The notes: generated from the sequence alone by a model not told the origin. A stretch of 38,405 bases of DNA from Octopus bimaculoides (GCF_001194135.2 NC_068986.1:15583544-15621948), one strand, 5' to 3'; counted from the stretch's first letter, positions 11,485-23,356 are shown. Made by a program: numbers and translations.

Positions 11485-11605
11485 CTGTCTCTACGTTCTG
11501 AGTTCAAATTTTGCCGAGGTCGACTTTACCTTTCGTCCCTTGGAGCTCGATAAATTAAGTATCAGTTGTGTACTGGGGCCGATCTAATCAACTGGCCCTC
11601 TCCTC
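11485..11605 (+). mobile_element. SINE family A fragment
   Basis: acgttctgagttcaaattttgccgaggtcgactttacctttcgtcc..gataaattaagtatcagttgtgtactggggccgatctaatc, the same core as the other family A copies. Confidence 0.8.
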
Positions 11606-12289
11606 GATGTGATTCACCTTGGTGATTTGATAATTCTACACCCATACGATGGGTCTTTATGTTCGTAGCAAAAATAACGTTTAAGTGACTTTTTACAAAA
11701 TCGCTTTACAATGTATCGAAAATATTTAGAAAAGTAAATATAAACTGCTTTATGATACCCTTTTTGGAATTTAGAAATTTGAAAATCTCAGAGGCGTCTA
11801 TGACATCTGCTCATGTCAGAAATTAGTCTATATTATTAAAAACACGAAATATTTCCAGTCATTTTATTGATGATTTGCATATATAAAGGTATAGACACCG
11901 AGAGGCTGTTGTAAGCTGCGGCTGGCTAACCGCTGTATCACATATGCTTGGCCACGGTGGGAAATACTTTTCGTTTACCTACAGACTTTGATGTTATAAT
12001 CACAATAATAAATATAACTTTTTAAGTTTTCAGTTTTCGGAACGGAGTTTCCGTATTCGTTCTTTGTCTCAACGAGTTTCTCGTATTCTAATTTGAGACG
12101 AAACTGGAGATAGAAGTTATTGTGCATTCCTTTATTTGTTGTAAAATGTGCGAACATGTGAACATGTGTTTTAGATTCGAAGAATGAATTTACTCTTTGC
12201 GGTCATAGCAATATCGGTTATCATTGGTTATGGTTGAATGGCGCCAGGATGGAGTCCACAACTTAGGGCATCATATATGAATGGAAAAA

Positions 12290-12331
<42 letters not shown>

Positions 12332-12712
12332 CAGCATCAGAATTAATTTTGCAGGTGTAGTAGTACTAGTACTAGTGGTGGTGATGGTGGTATTGGTGAC
12401 AATGGCGACGGTGGTAGTAATAGCAGTATGATAAGTATTAACATTTGCAGTTGCGTGGATATTTTTTTTATGCTCACGTCAATTTATTCAACAATCAGAC
12501 ACTTTCCAATAGAATTCGAATCATACGGGCGTGTCGCCTTTCATACGTTCGGAGATGATAGAATAATTGTCATTCAAGCAAAGTGGCGGATCTATTCAAC
12601 TACCCATTCCTCTCATCATTCTATGAACATTTCTCTTCGCTTCTTCGATTCTGTTACTTAACCTAAATTATTAGATATCGCAAAATTATAAATGAGGTCA
12701 CATGTCACTTGT

Positions 12713-13537
12713 TTAATTTCTTTTCCTCATACAAACTATTTCTTTGAATGTATTCCTGAATTGTTTACTGATTAAGAAATATACAATACAATTTACAGCA
12801 TAGTTAATCGTGGAACAAACGTCTGCAATTAAAAATGCATGCGAAAACTTAGAATCGTCGAGACCAGTTAAAATTGCAACAGTCGCCACAGGAAAAGTTG
12901 TAAGAAGAAATATAACATTTATACTGATCGCAAGATACATAGTATTTCGCGACTGTGTATTGTCGTGTTGCTGCTGGCCTAGACGCGGCCTGTTAAATAA
13001 CTTGTATAACAGGAGAATATTGCTTACTAATAAAAAAGCCGCTGGGATGAAGGCATATAGAAAAGCTACTGTTATCGAAAGCATCATCTCAGAAACGATA
13101 TTAGAGTATACCAACGTAGTATTAATTGTTAATAGACTTATGAACGTCGTTGATATTACAAAGAAGAAAGAATACATGTGGTTTGGCATATGCTTAAATT
13201 TAAATGGCAAGTACACGGCCAACAAACGTTCAAGGGAGATAATAATTGTTATAAATGAAGACATGTCATTGGCGTTAAAAATTAAGTATCTGTAAAAAAT
13301 ATATGTCGTTTCAGACAATTCAATTTCAGACGAAATCAAGATAATACGTAGTAAATTTAACCATACAGTGATAATATCTGTAACAGCCAAAGAAATAATA
13401 TACGGTGTGATTTTCAAACCTCTCATCTTCTTTGAACTCATAACTATGATGACGATTAAATTGTTTAGAGTGCCAAAAGACAGTATGAAAATGGAGATGC
13501 ATAGTGCAACTGCGTTTATTGTCGTATCTAATACCAT
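12713..13537 (-). CDS. Intronless class A GPCR, 274 aa, compact orphan receptor (paralog 2, intact)
   Basis: ATG-to-TAA ORF, seven hydrophobic segments: GTLNN, LAVTD, ISLER, FIP...SN (N at 5.58), FLLTTFP, NYAVNCIVY, SKQFR, C-terminal Cys. Colinear with paralog 1 at roughly 35-40% identity by eye. Confidence 0.92.
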   Translation of the reverse strand: MVLDTTINAVALCISIFILSFGTLNNLIVIIVMSSKKMRGLKITPYIISLAVTDIITVWLNLLRIILISSEIELSETTYIFYRYLIFNANDMSSFITIIISLERLLAVYLPFKFKHMPNHMYSFFFVISTTFISLLTINTTLVYSNIVSEMMLSITVAFLYAFIPAAFLLVSNILLLYKLFNRPRLGQQQHDNTQSRNTMYLAISINVIFLLTTFPVATVAILTGLDDSKFSHAFLIADVCSTINYAVNCIVYFLISKQFRNTFKEIVCMRKRN

Positions 13538-15642
13538 TTTAATGTGAGCAAATTATTTCTCCACGTTTCACAAATGTTCGGATTTACATTAGACTATATC
13601 AAATGTATTTATATGTATTTGTGTATATTTATTTCGATTATTGTGTATGTGAGTTCGATTCCTGTCGTTGTGTTTTTGAGCAACACACTTTATTTTTCCT
13701 TTGCGTCTGTCCACTCATTGATAAAAGTAAATTGTACCTGTAATATGTGAAAGGTATTCATGTCTGTAAAGTGTTCGGCCCCTTGCATGTTAAATTTCAT
13801 CGTTGTGAACTACGGAGTTCAGATGTCTATATATTAATATAAGTATATATAGCTTTCGGAGAGGTATTTTTACATTTAAAATAAAGGAATCTCACAGTGT
13901 TTCTCAATAAAATATTGTGAAAAATATTTTTGTGGACTATGCCATTTATGAATAATAGATGGCTTTTACTTTAGGATTGTTTATTAGACACTGACTTTAA
14001 AATATTTATTTTGTTCCATCAGCGAATATTACATGAAAATAATATTTTCATATAGTTTCATTACGAGCAATATCTCTCACCCATAATACAGAATTGCGGA
14101 ATAAAATAGATGGGGAAATTTTAATTTAGTCTTGGTTTTGGATTTTAACCCAATTCAGTGTTGATATGTTTTTGTTTTGTACAATGAGATGCGTGCGATA
14201 AAAAAAATTGTCATGTTTTAGGATCATTTATTGTCGAACTAATTAATGCAATTGATGTTTTGCCTTTGAAATCCTATGCTGCAATATGATAAGGACATCC
14301 GCTATTGTTTCTTGCAGGTTGTCCGGTGATGTCGAGGCTTCATTGTTCAGGTAAAGTTTTCAGATGCGTAAGATATAAACATTCGCATGTAGTCTTCTGA
14401 AACACCGCGAAGTTTGTGTCAGATATTGAATAAGTAATGCACAATTTGTTTATGGTAAACACAGTTTATACGAGGCAGGAATTATAATCACTTAGTTTAA
14501 GGTATCAATGCGGAAATGTACTCGTGAAATAACGCTGCATGTTATATAACGTATTATGTCTCATATTAAAACGTACATTTTGTTTAAGTACTTTGACAAA
14601 TAAATTCTATATATATCTGAGGTACGTTTTCTTAACTTTGAGGTCGTAAATTTCAATATTACGGAAACATAGCAAGATGCACGCTATGAATATAACAGGT
14701 AAATTTAGCACATTCCAATAAAATATCTATCTAGAGCTGGTAGTTAATATTTTGTTCCAAAACTTGCGTCTAGAATTAAAATTTCTTCTGTCTTTCCTTA
14801 TATTCCTTCTTTTTTCTGTTACTATAATCGGTAGAATTATTCTGTTGATAGTCAAAATATTTTGCGTAACAGAAATCACGATGTAGATGTTTTTCACGAA
14901 AACCAATGTTACTTGGTATATATTATGCTCTCTCTTCCGACTCCGATGATTTCTGATGGCTGTTGACATGTAGTGTGGTAATTATACTCTGAGGGGAAAA
15001 AGAAAGAAAATATAATAAGTGCTCAGCATAAAAGTACACAATTTAAGTTGCTCGTGAAGGGGAGTTGCATTTTCGACACCAGTTAAATAAATATAACACA
15101 CCTCACATTCCCACTAAGACAAAGATAGCAAATATGGTCTTGTAACATCGTAATACCATGTGGTTGATCAGAATCACGGCTTAAAGTAACAGTTACACGA
15201 CCGCTTAATCTTAAAGGATTGTCATAAAATGTTGGTATTAAAGGAGTAGAAATACTGTCACTACACTTTTCATTGTAGTTATACGTCTATAAGTAACGAG
15301 GTTTTATATTTGTATCGAATTATCGGATTCTGTTTAAATATTTGAGAACTGACGGGTGACACTTCGATACTTAAAAACTGACTACGGTTTACTAAAGCTG
15401 AGATTGTTTTCTATTGTGTGCGTAAAAAAGTAATACATTAATAGATTCGTATGGTATTGTGCTGTTCTAAAGAGATCAATAATATCAATAATGATGAAAT
15501 TTTAAATAGAAATCCATATATTATAACGTACAGTGTACTAACTAAATAGAGAAGTTTAACATTAACAAATGCATCTATATTTATATTTAAATATGTGCTA
15601 GCGTGATTTGTATGTGTTTGTGTCTTTATGTGTGTAATGTAA

Positions 15643-15701
<59 letters not shown>

Positions 15702-16004
15702 NNNNNNNNNNNNNNNNNNNNNNNNNNNNNNNNNNNNNNNNNNNNNNNNNNNNNNNNNNNNNNNNNNNNNNNNNNNNNNNNNNNNNNNNNNNNNNNNNNN
15801 NNNNNNNNNNNNNNNNNNNNNNNNNNNNNNNNNNNNNNNNNNNNNNNNNNNNNNNNNNNNNNNNNNNNNNNNNNNNNNNNNNNNNNNNNNNNNNNNNNNN
15901 NNNNNNNNNNNNNNNNNNNNNNNNNNNNNNNNNNNNNNNNNNNNNNNNNNNNNNNGTTTTAAAAAAGATCCCTGGTACTTAATTCATCAGGAATTAAGTA
16001 CCAG

Positions 16005-16588
16005 GGATCTTTTTTAAAACGGGGGCCACATTTTTTATTAACGAAACACTTTGAAACTTGGAACACTGGTAGAATGTGTCATATAAAACATCTTTTTCTC
16101 TTAGTCTTCTTAAAAAAAAGAAACCCATCAGTTATTCCATGTGAAAGTCGTCGTATTTCTGTAATTTCAACCAATCACTGACGTCCATTCAGCCGATATA
16201 CATTAAGTGCCGACTACATAAACAAACGATTCTGGAACAATTAACCCTAACCCTAACCCTAACCCTAACCGTAGGGTTAGGGTTAGGGTTAGGGTTAAAG
16301 CAAATTTAAAATGAAAAAAGCAAATAAAACGAAGGTATGGAGATTAAATACGCTTTACATCGCTTAATCAGGCAAAGGAGTAAATATAACCAACTGAATA
16401 CTTGTTAGTGATTGGTTGAAATTATCGAAATAAGACAAATTTTTACATGAAATAAATTCGAATACAAAGATATTTTTCTGTTCTATAACACAAAATAGAT
16501 AAGTATACGAAGTTTGAAAGTCTTTCCGTACCAAAAACACGACGTAAAACATTAATGAAAAATGTGGCCCCCGTTTTAAAATAGATCC
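16005..16588. mobile_element. Non-autonomous DNA transposon (MITE), copy 1: 30-bp TIR starting GGATCT, 8-bp TSD AGTACCAG, telomere-type repeats in the centre; Merlin-like or hAT-like
   Basis: Left end GGATCTTTTTTAAAACGGGGGCCACATTTT and right end AAAATGTGGCCCCCGTTTTAAAATAGATCC differ by 1 mismatch. AGTACCAG is duplicated at 15997-16004 and 16589-16596. Homologous to 30752-31426 in the opposite orientation. Confidence 0.85.
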
Positions 16589-16599
16589 AGTACCAGTTA

Positions 16600-16696
16600 C
16601 GACCTCGGTGGAATTTGAACTCAGAATGCAGCGACAGTCAAAATACCACAAAGCATTAGGTCTAGTGCGCTAACGATCCTGCCAGTTCACCGCCTT
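16600..16696 (-). mobile_element. SINE family A 5' half, reverse orientation
   Basis: Reverse complement aaggcggtgaactggcaggatcgttagc...ttctgagttcaaattccaccgaggtc matches the head of the 27111 copy. Confidence 0.75.
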
Positions 16697-16749
16697 CTTT
16701 TACCTGTTGAAATATATCAGAAACATATTTTAAGTAACTTAAAATTAAT

Positions 16750-16958
16750 GTGGTGAGCTTCAGAAACATTAGCACGCCGGGCAAAATGCTTAGCGATATT
16801 TCGTCTGTCTTTACATTCTGTGTTCAAATTCCGCCGTGGTCGACTTTGCCTTCAACCTTTCGGGGTCGATGAATTAAGTACCAGTTGTGTATTGGTGTCG
16901 ATCTAATCCACTGGCACCATGCCCCAAAATTTCGGGCCTTGTGCCTAGAATAGAAGAC
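16750..16958 (+). mobile_element. SINE family A, near full length
   Basis: tRNA-like head (ttagcacgccgggcaaaatgcttagc), B-box-like gttcaaatt, core gtcgactttgccttc..ctttcggggtcgat..aattaagtaccag, tail cgggccttgtgcctagaatagaa. Confidence 0.85.
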
Positions 16959-17004
16959 AAAAAAATTTACGTAAACTTTATTTTCATATATGGATACCTA
17001 CACG

Positions 17005-17074
<70 letters not shown>

Positions 17075-17294
17075 CACACATGTATTCTCTGTTGGAACAA
17101 GATCTCGGAGAACATATAGGTATGAATAATAGTATGCAAATATTAGGCGGAACAAAGTCGTTTGGATAGAAAATTTCAGAGACAAGTTTTGGGTGTTCTT
17201 CGCGATCCAGTTCCAAAACAAATAGAATTATCTCACGTACTCTTGGATTGTTATGAATTATTATAACGTCAGCACACATACAGAAACACATACA

Positions 17295-17328
<34 letters not shown>

Positions 17329-20300
17329 AATACTTATGTATATATATATATTTATATTTTTGACGTCATAAGAATTCATGCACATGTGTGTATGTGTGTG
17401 TATGTGTGTATGCTCGAGTGTATGTGTACAGTGACTAAATGTCCTTTTGTAACATTAATATATAAAAAAAAGGACATCAAAAGGCGAAAGGAAACTACAA
17501 TCATCGCCAAAGGAAGGCATTGAGGTTTCGGTGAATTGAACAACGGACAACTATAATTTTTTAAAAAATTAATAGAAAGAATAATGTGGTTTTGAACGAA
17601 GTAAATGGAAGTAAATACTAACTGATTCTAGAATACTGAAGCTGATTTTAACAGCAAACACTGTAACAAGAGACATGTGATAACCAATTTTGTGTTTTAC
17701 CAGGAAGACATAGGAACAACTTACACATTCAGATTGCATCACTATAAAAAATTGATTTTTAAAAAAGGAATATAAATTTTACTTCATGGAGGAAAAATAT
17801 TCAAGGAAATAAAAGCTAATATCATCCATATAATATGGAATTCGTGAGTATAGTATTAGAGAAAAAAACACCCAAAACTAAAGAAGCAATTAAAATATAA
17901 CAAAAACACTGAATAAAGAAATAGAAGAACAACTACAAATATGCACTTTAACCAGCGCTGGAAGGGTTATAAGTACTGAATGTTCGAAGTAGTGAAATTG
18001 TTTTTGAAGCTGGTTCACAGAAACAGAAGCAGACATTGTTGAAAAAAGCAAACATAAGTACCCGATGTATCAAAGAAGATATTAATTAAACAATTTTTGA
18101 AGTCGATATACTAGAAAAGGACTATCATTTACATCAAACCCTCTAGAGCTGTAATGAAATAAGTTTTTAAGGGCACCATCTGAGATTTTTGAAAAACATT
18201 TGCAACTGACAGCAAAATGATTTCATCGGATTAAGAATGATGAATTGCTTATGAGGAACAAAACTTTGGAATAAATCGCTTGATGCTTTCATGAACTTTG
18301 TCACCACTTGTAAATAAGCGATATAATTGAACAAAACTTACTCAGCTTAAGTAAAATTTTAAGCAATTATCCTATTCATTTCGAAATCACATTAAGAAGG
18401 TATAAAAAACAATCACATTCCAAGAGCAATATATTAAAATGCATTAACTATAGCTTTAGATGAATTGAATTTCTTATACAAATATCTCACCGACAATAGA
18501 AGAAAAATGTGCTGGTTTGAGGATAATACAACGATAAAAATCTGTGCAGAGTAAAATTTATCATCCACAGTATACATTTCCAGTTATATGGTATTACGGA
18601 GAGGAATATATGGAACTGCAATGAGCTGGAAAGAAATCTCAGTCTATGTTTTTTGGTCACGGATTATTTAGATATTTCAATATCTCCTGAAAAATTATAG
18701 CGTAAAAGATACGTATTAGCCATTAAATAATTTCCTTAGACTGATAGCTTCACTGAAACATTTTGTGCAACATTTTTCTTCACACCTATCGCGACTTTGT
18801 CTCTAACACGATTTCAATACAACTCTGCTTAATTCAAGCTAACAACCTTTGAATGATTTTGATTGGCTGAATTTGTTTCGTTTAAACTCATGATCTCCTA
18901 TCAAATCGTTCGCCCAGCAGGGACACCACTGAAATGTATTGAGAATTTTTGAGAAAAATACGGGAATAAGATGTTCAAAAAAGAGGCTAAGCTGCCATTT
19001 ATAGATATTTTAGTAATGGAAGTCGGAAACTAACAAATGTACCTTACAAAACCACAGACTGAAAGTAATGTCTACTGTTTCCCTCGTATCATCTACCACC
19101 TAATCAAAAATCAAATAAAAGAACACAAAAACAAACAAATATCTGTTTTAATTTACCTGAAAAGAAATGCAATGACATCCGGCACGGAAATTAAATACAC
19201 ACACGTTAAGCATAGTCATTAGTAAATAATTGGAGACAACAAACCAAAGCATTTGCTGCGCATACAATAAGAACGATGCGTCAAAAATCATTCCGAAAGG
19301 GAAAATTTTATCATGTTTCCATTGTCGATCATAAGAAAGACGAATCCTGTGACATTATTTATAGTTCTTAAACGTGTATTGACCATGACAAAGGGAGCCA
19401 GAGGAATAGTATTCTAGAAAGACAAAGACACTTCTAAAGGTAAATGCAACCCCAATTAGTAAAATGCATAATCCAGAGCTAGGTTTTGTTCCGCTATACC
19501 ATAACAAATCAAAACTGTCTGCAATCCAGCTGTGTATATTGTCTGAGGGTTTGAATATCAATTTTAAGCAAGGGAAATGGTTATTACCTTAGTATCCTGA
19601 CGTCACATAAAAATACGTACAGCATAACATTAACTGTAAATTGAGTTTTTCAAGAGCACACTATTTCTCAGTTAAGATATAATTAGATGTTCAGGGAAAC
19701 ACCAACCAAATTTTAGCGTAGCTGCTTCTTATCTATATAGAGTAGAAACATCTGATCAAAGTGGAGGCATAAGTCATTGAAAATTAACTGTATTTAAATA
19801 TTTAATGACATCTGATTAAATTGTTATTTAATTGCTTCAAACTAATTATATTGACGTTTTATTAGTTTCGAATATATTTTTTGAAAAATTCATCGGTTAA
19901 TACATACGAATGAATATTTTATAAATGCCCCCTATTAGTGTTTAAAACGTTTAATTGTTACGACCCCTGTCACAATTACGAAAGTATAGCATACTCGGTA
20001 AGATCTACTTTTTGAAAATTATGAAATTATGAAAAGTAATTTATTTTTTTTAAATCTGGAGAAACGTTTAACGAAACGAAACAAGTTAATTACAAAAAGC
20101 AATTTCATACACACACTGGCGCGCGCGCACAAACATACACCAACACAGACACGCATACAGACATACTTGTAAATGTATATGCAAGTAGAAGCCTACTTAT
20201 TTATACATATATAATGCCTTTGACACTTGTATGTTCTGAAGATGATGTAGTTAAGTGAATTTGAATAATATATGCATACGTATAGTCACATGTATACACA

Positions 20301-21169
20301 CGTATATTCGCATACATATATATATGCATCCAAACATATATACATACATTCACATGCACACCCTCACACAAGCCAATACTTATATTAATGGCTGATACAT
20401 ATGTCGGTTCTTAAGCTGCACATGCTACCTGGTGGTCCCCCTATTTCACTTCTTCTGTATAATACTACAAATTTTGATTAATATCTGTGTCGAGTTGTAC
20501 AGATCTTGAGGGATGCCAATGTTTATTAGAGTTACTTTGAGATTTGACTATAGATTACACACCTTAACTACCTCGCCTGTTAAATCCAGTGCCGGATTAA
20601 TTGTCAATGAATAAAGAATTGAGCTGCCATATGATTTTACAGAAGATATTAAACAATATAATGGTAAGAAGACCAAATCCAATCCTGATTCCATTCAGGT
20701 TTCAAACCTAATTTATACACCAGCTGACCTCTCAGTATTGATGTAAGGTTTACACACATTGATGGTTTCATTATTAAGGCTTCTGCTAATGATGGCAAAA
20801 TTGTTAATGGCGATGGGAGAATATATCATCATTTAGAAACCTCCGCTAATGGTGATTTTCAGAATACAAACACATGAATGAAATCAACTTGGTCAATTAT
20901 CAATATTATCATAGGATTCTCAAGTGTAGACAAAATATTGTCGAAAGATTCTCTTCCGGTAAGTATTAGTATTATTGATATTTACCCATCCATTAAGCCC
21001 CCCCCCCAATCAAACAGAATAAACGTTTGAAGTCACGAGGTTTATGCATATATGAGTTTTAATTAATTTGCATTTATGAAGTTCATCAGATAAAGTATGG
21101 TCTACTTGCAAATCCTGGCAATGAAACAAGCTCGTAAATTTTCTGCGGACGACTTTCGTTTTCTTATTT

Positions 21170-21392
21170 TCCTTTTATTTATTACTTGATTCAGTCATTT
21201 GGCTGCGGCGATGCTGTAGCACTACCTTTAGTCGGACCGAACAAATCCACCCCAGGACTTACTCTTCGTAAGCCTAGTATTTATTCTATTTGGACTCTCT
21301 TACCGAGCAGTTAGATTACGGGGAGGTAAACTCACTAACACCGGTTGTCAAGCGATGGTAGGCTGGGGCCAAACACAGATACGCACACACAA

Positions 21393-21439
<47 letters not shown>

Positions 21440-21988
21440 TATATATATATATATAATAATATTAGGGACAAAATCCAAAATTACAGGTAAAAAACTCAAT
21501 TAAAATCAATTTATAAAAAATTAGAATTAAATTGAGCCTTATAAAATAAAGTATATATAAAATATATAGTTTTAGGGAAAATAACAAATTTTCAAGAACT
21601 CATTTATTATATTATATTTATCTTATGATATTTACTTTACTTTATATTATACTCATTTATTGTGCTTTTAATTATTAATTTTTCTATNNNNNNNNNNNNN
21701 NNNNNNNNNNNNNNNNNNNNNNNNNNNNNNNNNNNNNNNNNNNNNNNNNNNNNNNNNNNNNNNNNNNNNNNNNNNNNNNNNNNNNNNNNNNNNNNNNNNN
21801 NNNNNNNNNNNNNNNNNNNNNNNNNNNNNNNNNNNNNNNATATATACATATACGATAGGCTAGGCTTCTTTCAGTTTCCGTCTATCAAATTCGCTCACAA
21901 GGCATTGGTCGGTTCGAGCCCAAGGTGCCACGCAGTGGGACTGAATCTGGAACCACGAGGTTGTGAAGCAAGCTTATTATCACAGACA
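21170..21988 (-). mobile_element. SINE family B, tail (21170-21381) and head (21862-21988) separated by an internal (CA)/(TA) microsatellite, an AT-rich tract and an N-gap
   Basis: The tail matches 29121-29285 and 35868-36075. The head matches 10290-10425 and 36812-36968. The same tail-microsatellite-head order recurs at 35868-36968. Confidence 0.7.
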
Positions 21989-23325
21989 CGCTTCATTTAT
22001 CTACAGAATTTCAAATTGTAAATATATATCGCTAATAAATGAAGGTGTATCGATGTATATATTGACATTTTTGAAATTTGTGTTAAGTACCATACATTCT
22101 GAGTCTACTAATATTGTAGTAATCTCTCGCAATATCGCAGTTTACCTACTGCGGGTTTATTATTTAAGCTTACGTTGATTTCTCCTTGGAATTCTTTTGC
22201 ATTTATAATAAAATAAATATATACAAATTATAAAAATAATAAAAAAAGATATACAGTATAGTTATGTTTCTAACTCGCGGATTTTCACATATCGCGGGAC
22301 TGTAACATGCGAAAGTTGAGGGATTACTGTAATGTAGGGATATTAGATAATGCTATATTTTCTGCAATTTATAATACAACTAAGAACCAAGTAGAATTAG
22401 TTGATACTTACTACACAGACGCGCCTCAAGCTATAACGTCGCCTGCGCCTATGCGCCATGCTTGCGTCTATAAACCACGCTGTGTCCATGTTCCAAGATT
22501 TATATGAAGTAAACAATTTTACTAAATATTTAATACTTGGTGTTCGTACAGAAACCACAACTAAACTCACGATGTGTGACTTCAGATTACACAACGGGAC
22601 CGTTCTTGTAGCTAAGAATATTTTAACTAAATGACCAAATAGATACCAAGTAATTAAGTAGCATTTTTTGTTTCTATATTTCAAGTTAAGACCATCTGAG
22701 CAGTAATTTGGCTAGTACCTTTTACAATAAAACCGGCTCGAGAAATGCTTTGTAAGCCAGATTCGAAAATGCAAACTGTGTGGAAGCTCGTTGTATAGAT
22801 ATTTAATTAAATGCATGCATTCATACATGCATAAATAGAAGTATACCTTTTCGTATTTATATCTCTATCAATATATATGTATGTACCTATCTTGCATTAT
22901 ATGCATATGTGAGTGTGTGCGAGCGCGCACTTGTGCATGCATACATGTACATATGAAATTATGTATGTCTCATCTATTTTTTTAATTATTATAAATCTTT
23001 AGTTATGTATTCTCATACATGTAGCTGCATATCTAGACTTGCTCATATATATTTAAATGATAAACGTTTGGCAAGCTTTACAGATTTTTACAGTTCCAAT
23101 GATGGATTGGATCTGTAATTTTCGAATGAACTTCCTCCCCTCTGTTTTCCAGAAGTCTAATTCCTCAAGACTGGTATTTATATAGTGTGTTACATATCTC
23201 AGGGCCACACTATATAAAGGCATAAACCTGAATTTGTAATCTGTAATAAAGTAACTGCAGATTTCTCAATAGTTTAGCGTAGGTGTTCTTTTTTGCACTG
23301 ATTTTCAGCTTCGGGCTGTGTGTGC

Positions 23326-23356
<31 letters not shown>

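Noticed and set aside
12184-12237. 17-aa signal-peptide-like micro-ORF MNLLFAVIAISVIIGYG*
   Set aside because: Too short, with no mature peptide and no supporting context.
12810-13295. 161-aa plus-strand ORF
   Set aside because: It lies wholly antisense to GPCR paralog 2, has no recognisable motif and is explained as a shadow ORF. The same applies to 32131-32334 and 32596-32802 over paralog 4.
3075-13537. Assigning a gene symbol (e.g. FMRFamide receptor) or calling these octopus chemotactile receptors
   Set aside because: The motifs only place them broadly near the FMRFaR/srw-like class A branch and orthology cannot be shown by eye. Chemotactile receptors are pentameric nicotinic-receptor relatives, not 7TM proteins.
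14727-14969. 80-aa minus-strand ORF with a faint IYQ...YI GIY-YIG-like spacing
   Set aside because: The similarity is too weak to call by eye.
16241-16298. Ancestral chromosome-fusion site or true telomere
   Set aside because: The repeats lie inside a TIR/TSD-bounded MITE whose second copy also carries CCCTAA units, so they are transposon cargo.
16750-16830. tRNA genes
   Set aside because: The tRNA-like boxes belong to SINE heads and do not form complete cloverleafs.
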